Below are positions 61,898-64,000 of a DNA stretch of 64,000 nucleotides, piece after piece. The notes beneath the pieces were generated by a model, which saw nothing but the letters and a program-made list of their open reading frames with translations, made no database searches and was not told where the DNA came from. Source of the stretch: an uncultured virus (IMG/VR IMGVR_UViG_3300042691_029418) (Duplodnaviria > Heunggongvirae > Uroviricota > Caudoviricetes); IMG/VR virus record IMGVR_UViG_3300042691_029418, one strand, 5' to 3'. The stretch's first letter is position 1; each line of letters opens with the position of its first letter. The position numbers and the translations under genes were made by a program.

Positions 61898-61966
61898 TGG
61901 TGAATCCCTCAGGAACGAATGTAATGTAGAACGGATTGGGGGGCATTGCAACCCCCCTTGTGCCAC

Positions 61967-62218
61967 TTAGTTGACTGTCACACCCTCAAACAGTTTGGTG
62001 TCAAACAGTGCCTCAACTTGACTCACGGGGCTAAGATTCACGAACATTTGTGCAGCGAGAACAGTTTTGTCACGAATATCTTCACACTCATAGTCATCAA
62101 TTTCCTCGTTGACATAATTCTGATAATATTTCGACTTCATACCAATCCGCACAAGATCACGGAGCAGACTCATCTCATCAGAATCCAGTTTGATCGTGTA
62201 CTGAGTTTTGGTTTTCAT
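61967..62218 (-). CDS. Early hypothetical protein
   Basis: 83-aa ORF between two promoter elements. Confidence 0.6.
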   Translation of the reverse strand: MKTKTQYTIKLDSDEMSLLRDLVRIGMKSKYYQNYVNEEIDDYECEDIRDKTVLAAQMFVNLSPVSQVEALFDTKLFEGVTVN

Positions 62219-62297
62219 GGTGTGTTTCAGGTGAACGAATGTAATGTAGAACGAATCAGGCAGGAAGTCTAGGGGGGTTGTGCCACTTCCCCAACTG

Positions 62298-62459
62298 TCA
62301 CACAGAAGGGGTCACTTCGATTTCTTTAATATTCAACCCACACAGTTGATTGTAAACACGATTGCTGATCAGATCACATGCACGTTTGGCACTCGATTTC
62401 TCATACCAAATCGTGACGCAGCCATCATATGCCTCAACACGAATTCGATAGTTTTTCAT
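62298..62459 (-). CDS. Small hypothetical protein, 53 aa
   Basis: Hand translation MKNYRIRVEAYDGCVTIWYEKS... Confidence 0.6.
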   Translation of the reverse strand: MKNYRIRVEAYDGCVTIWYEKSSAKRACDLISNRVYNQLCGLNIKEIEVTPSV

Positions 62460-62536
62460 CGATTAATTGCGACGACAAAGGTACAATACCACTACCAGGG
62501 GGTACGTATACCCCCTGTGTGCCACTTTCAGAATTG

Positions 62537-62740
62537 TCACACCTCATTCATAACTTTTAGACGACGCATAATATCATAAATTTCCATCTCATTCACGTCG
62601 ATCTCATTCATATCAACGGGTGCGAATTCTTCGAGATTAATGTTACCATTGGCATAGATCGGAGCATAATACAACTCATCACCATCTTCCTGCGATAAAG
62701 TATAAACACAACCGTGATTGGTCGAAGTGATAAAAATCAT
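62537..62740 (-). CDS. Small hypothetical protein
   Basis: 67-aa ORF between promoter elements. Confidence 0.6.
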   Translation of the reverse strand: MIFITSTNHGCVYTLSQEDGDELYYAPIYANGNINLEEFAPVDMNEIDVNEMEIYDIMRRLKVMNEV

Positions 62741-62821
62741 TTAAATTTCAGCAACGAATGTACAATAACCCACATCCTGGCAGATATCAATCCCCTGTGT
62801 GCCACTAGTCCAACTGTCCTC

Positions 62822-62875
62822 ATTCTCAATAAAGAGAGTCTTATTGAGAATCAATAAGGATTATAATTGAGAATA
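62822..62875. repeat. ATTCTCAA/TTGAGAAT inverted-repeat cluster
   Basis: ATTCTCAATAA-N8-TTATTGAGAAT plus an extra half-site; second cluster at 63561-63615. Confidence 0.7.
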
Positions 62876-62898
62876 CAACCAATTCTCAAACTGGCACA

Positions 62899-63054
62899 CT
62901 AATAGAATGGATCGTAGTCCTTGATGCTAACATCGATATCTTCGTCACCTTGAAGATCTAGAAGTTCTCTCCAATTGAGATCTTCAACATCTAGATCATC
63001 ATAACATGTGATATCTAATGTGACACGTACATGACGTTTCTGTGCGGTTTGCAT
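62899..63054 (-). CDS. Small acidic hypothetical protein, 51 aa
   Basis: Hand translation MQTAQKRHVRVTLDITCYDDLDVEDLNW... Confidence 0.6.
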   Translation of the reverse strand: MQTAQKRHVRVTLDITCYDDLDVEDLNWRELLDLQGDEDIDVSIKDYDPFY

Positions 63055-63084
63055 GTGTATCTCGTGCGTGTGTGCTAGATTCTA

Positions 63085-63231
63085 TCATGCATAGTGACGA
63101 TATGCAAGTGCTTCGTAATCTTGCCCATCTCGTGCATAATCCTCGTCTGATGCACCGTGCTCGTAGTATGCATCCTCATCGAGACTGTAATCGTTGCTGA
63201 TTGTATAGTCGAGATCGTAATCGTCGTACAT
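63085..63231 (-). CDS. Asp/Tyr-rich peptide, 48 aa
   Basis: Hand translation MYDDYDLDYTISNDYSLDEDAYYEH... Confidence 0.55.
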   Translation of the reverse strand: MYDDYDLDYTISNDYSLDEDAYYEHGASDEDYARDGQDYEALAYRHYA

Positions 63232-63408
63232 AACTCGTCGAGATGATTAATGACTTGTACAGTGTAGCATGATCTCGACGAGATTGCAAGCCTTATGATA
63301 CATGTATCTCGTCGAGATGATAATGATATATATGAGATCTCGTCTATTATGTTAAGAATCGCTTATGAATATCGACGAGAAATGTGTGGATCTCGTGGCA
63401 TCTCGTGC
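63232..63408. repeat. Repeated palindrome ATCTCG-W-CGAGAT and half-sites
   Basis: Copies at 63232 (one mismatch), 63272 and 63307; partial copies near 63336, 63371, 63390 and 63400. Confidence 0.8.
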
Positions 63409-63413
63409 GGGGG

Positions 63414-63442
63414 TTGACATTGCGGACTTCGTGTGTTATAAT
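63414..63442 (+). promoter_or_regulatory. Perfect sigma70 consensus promoter on the non-coding strand
   Basis: TTGACA-17 nt-TATAAT with extended -10 TG. Confidence 0.85.
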
Positions 63443-63469
63443 CCGCAGGCAAAGGTCACAAGTCCTAGA

Positions 63470-63546
63470 GGCATTTATAAGACATTTATAGGGCATTTAT
63501 AAGACATTTATAGGGCATTTATAAGGCATTTATAAAGCACTTAAAA
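63470..63546. repeat. 11-bp tandem repeat GRCATTTATAR x6 plus one degenerate copy
   Basis: Units start at 63470, 63481, 63492, 63503, 63514, 63525 and 63536. Confidence 0.9.
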
Positions 63547-63665
63547 GACTTAAAGGAACCTATTCTCAACTATAACATACTATTGATTCTCAACTATTAT
63601 CACCTTATTGAGAATGTTATGAAATGATAATATATGTTTTTTAATATATTTTTTTAATTAAATCA

Positions 63666-63929
63666 TTACCATTTCTGTATTGGACAGTATGCAGCCTGGA
63701 ATTTTACCTTATGTTCCAACCAACAACCACAGTGCTTACAACGTTCCTGTCTCACACTATAATACTCACACTTCTTACAGGTATCAAGTCTTTCCTTCTG
63801 TAATTCCTTAGATGCATAAATCTGTGGATCTGGAGTTGTGAGTACATCCTTTACAACTTCAAATGTAAACTTTGCAAGGTTCTTTCCTTGTTCTGTAATT
63901 GATGGAAATTGCTCTTGATTATCAGTCAT
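63666..63929 (-). CDS. Cys-rich small protein (DUF6171-like)
   Basis: R...CKKC...CKHCGC...K......CP..KW. Confidence 0.7.
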   Translation of the reverse strand: MTDNQEQFPSITEQGKNLAKFTFEVVKDVLTTPDPQIYASKELQKERLDTCKKCEYYSVRQERCKHCGCWLEHKVKFQAAYCPIQKW

Positions 63930-64000
63930 CGTCCTAGATAAAACCAACCTGTAATCACATACTTAGTTCCTTCCAATACTAATCCTCCACGGTGAGCATG
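63926..64000 (-). CDS. C-terminal fragment of a 2OG-Fe(II) oxygenase (runs off the window)
   Basis: ...HAHRGGLVLEGTKYVITGWFYLGR*. Confidence 0.7.
   Translation of the reverse strand, partial: HAHRGGLVLEGTKYVITGWFYLGR

Larger units (their letters stand above)
59193..62820 (-). promoter_or_regulatory. Seven repeated early promoter elements (dyad, 29-31 nt, -10 box)
   Basis: Plus-strand TGTGCCA starts at 59229, 59991, 60960, 61959, 62279, 62518 and 62798, each with a TAnnnT/CATACT -10 at fixed distance. Confidence 0.8.

Noticed and set aside
311..62579. Numerous plus-strand ORFs in the track (e.g. 5301-6086, 4515-5219, 15529-15885)
   Set aside because: Antisense shadows of well-supported minus-strand genes with no recognisable motifs
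59193..62820. Integron attC-like or CRISPR repeats
   Set aside because: Fixed spacing to -10 boxes indicates promoters; no integrase present
63232..63408. Mini-CRISPR or guide-RNA array
   Set aside because: Repeats are only 13 bp, decay quickly and are irregularly spaced; no cas, Nop-domain or reverse transcriptase gene in the window
1..64000. tRNA genes or genetic-code reassignment
   Set aside because: No cloverleaf seen in the short intergenic gaps; all three stop codons end genes normally and long ORFs are intact

Overview
A 64-kb segment of a T4-like cyanomyophage genome (Kyanoviridae-type gene order; host probably a picocyanobacterium, not provable here). All credible genes are on the minus strand. 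In transcription order (right to left): (i) the 3' end of a 2OG-Fe(II) oxygenase and a repeat-rich non-coding block (about 63.2-63.66 kb) with a perfect plus-strand sigma70 promoter, palindromes and an 11-bp tandem array, a candidate origin; (ii) small early-gene cassettes, most preceded by the same dyad-plus-(-10) promoter element; (iii) an HNH endonuclease, AbrB-like gene, GT2 glycosyltransferase and speD; (iv) the baseplate, neck, terminase, tail and head block (gp25, 6, 7, 8, VrlC-like, 13-23, 3) with an NblA-like small ORF missed by the ORF track; (v) uvsY, uvsW, gp55, gp47, gp46, a CobT-like VWA/peptidase with CobS-like AAA ATPase, gp45 and a DenV-like glycosylase. The most notable candidates are late-expressed basic modular proteins that look like protease-processed capsid cargo, an sRNA/antisense cassette in front of a nuclease-less NUMOD gene, and a T4-style R-loop origin. 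Gene calls rest on recognising motifs and synteny by eye; no database searches were run. I saw no tRNA, rRNA or CRISPR array.
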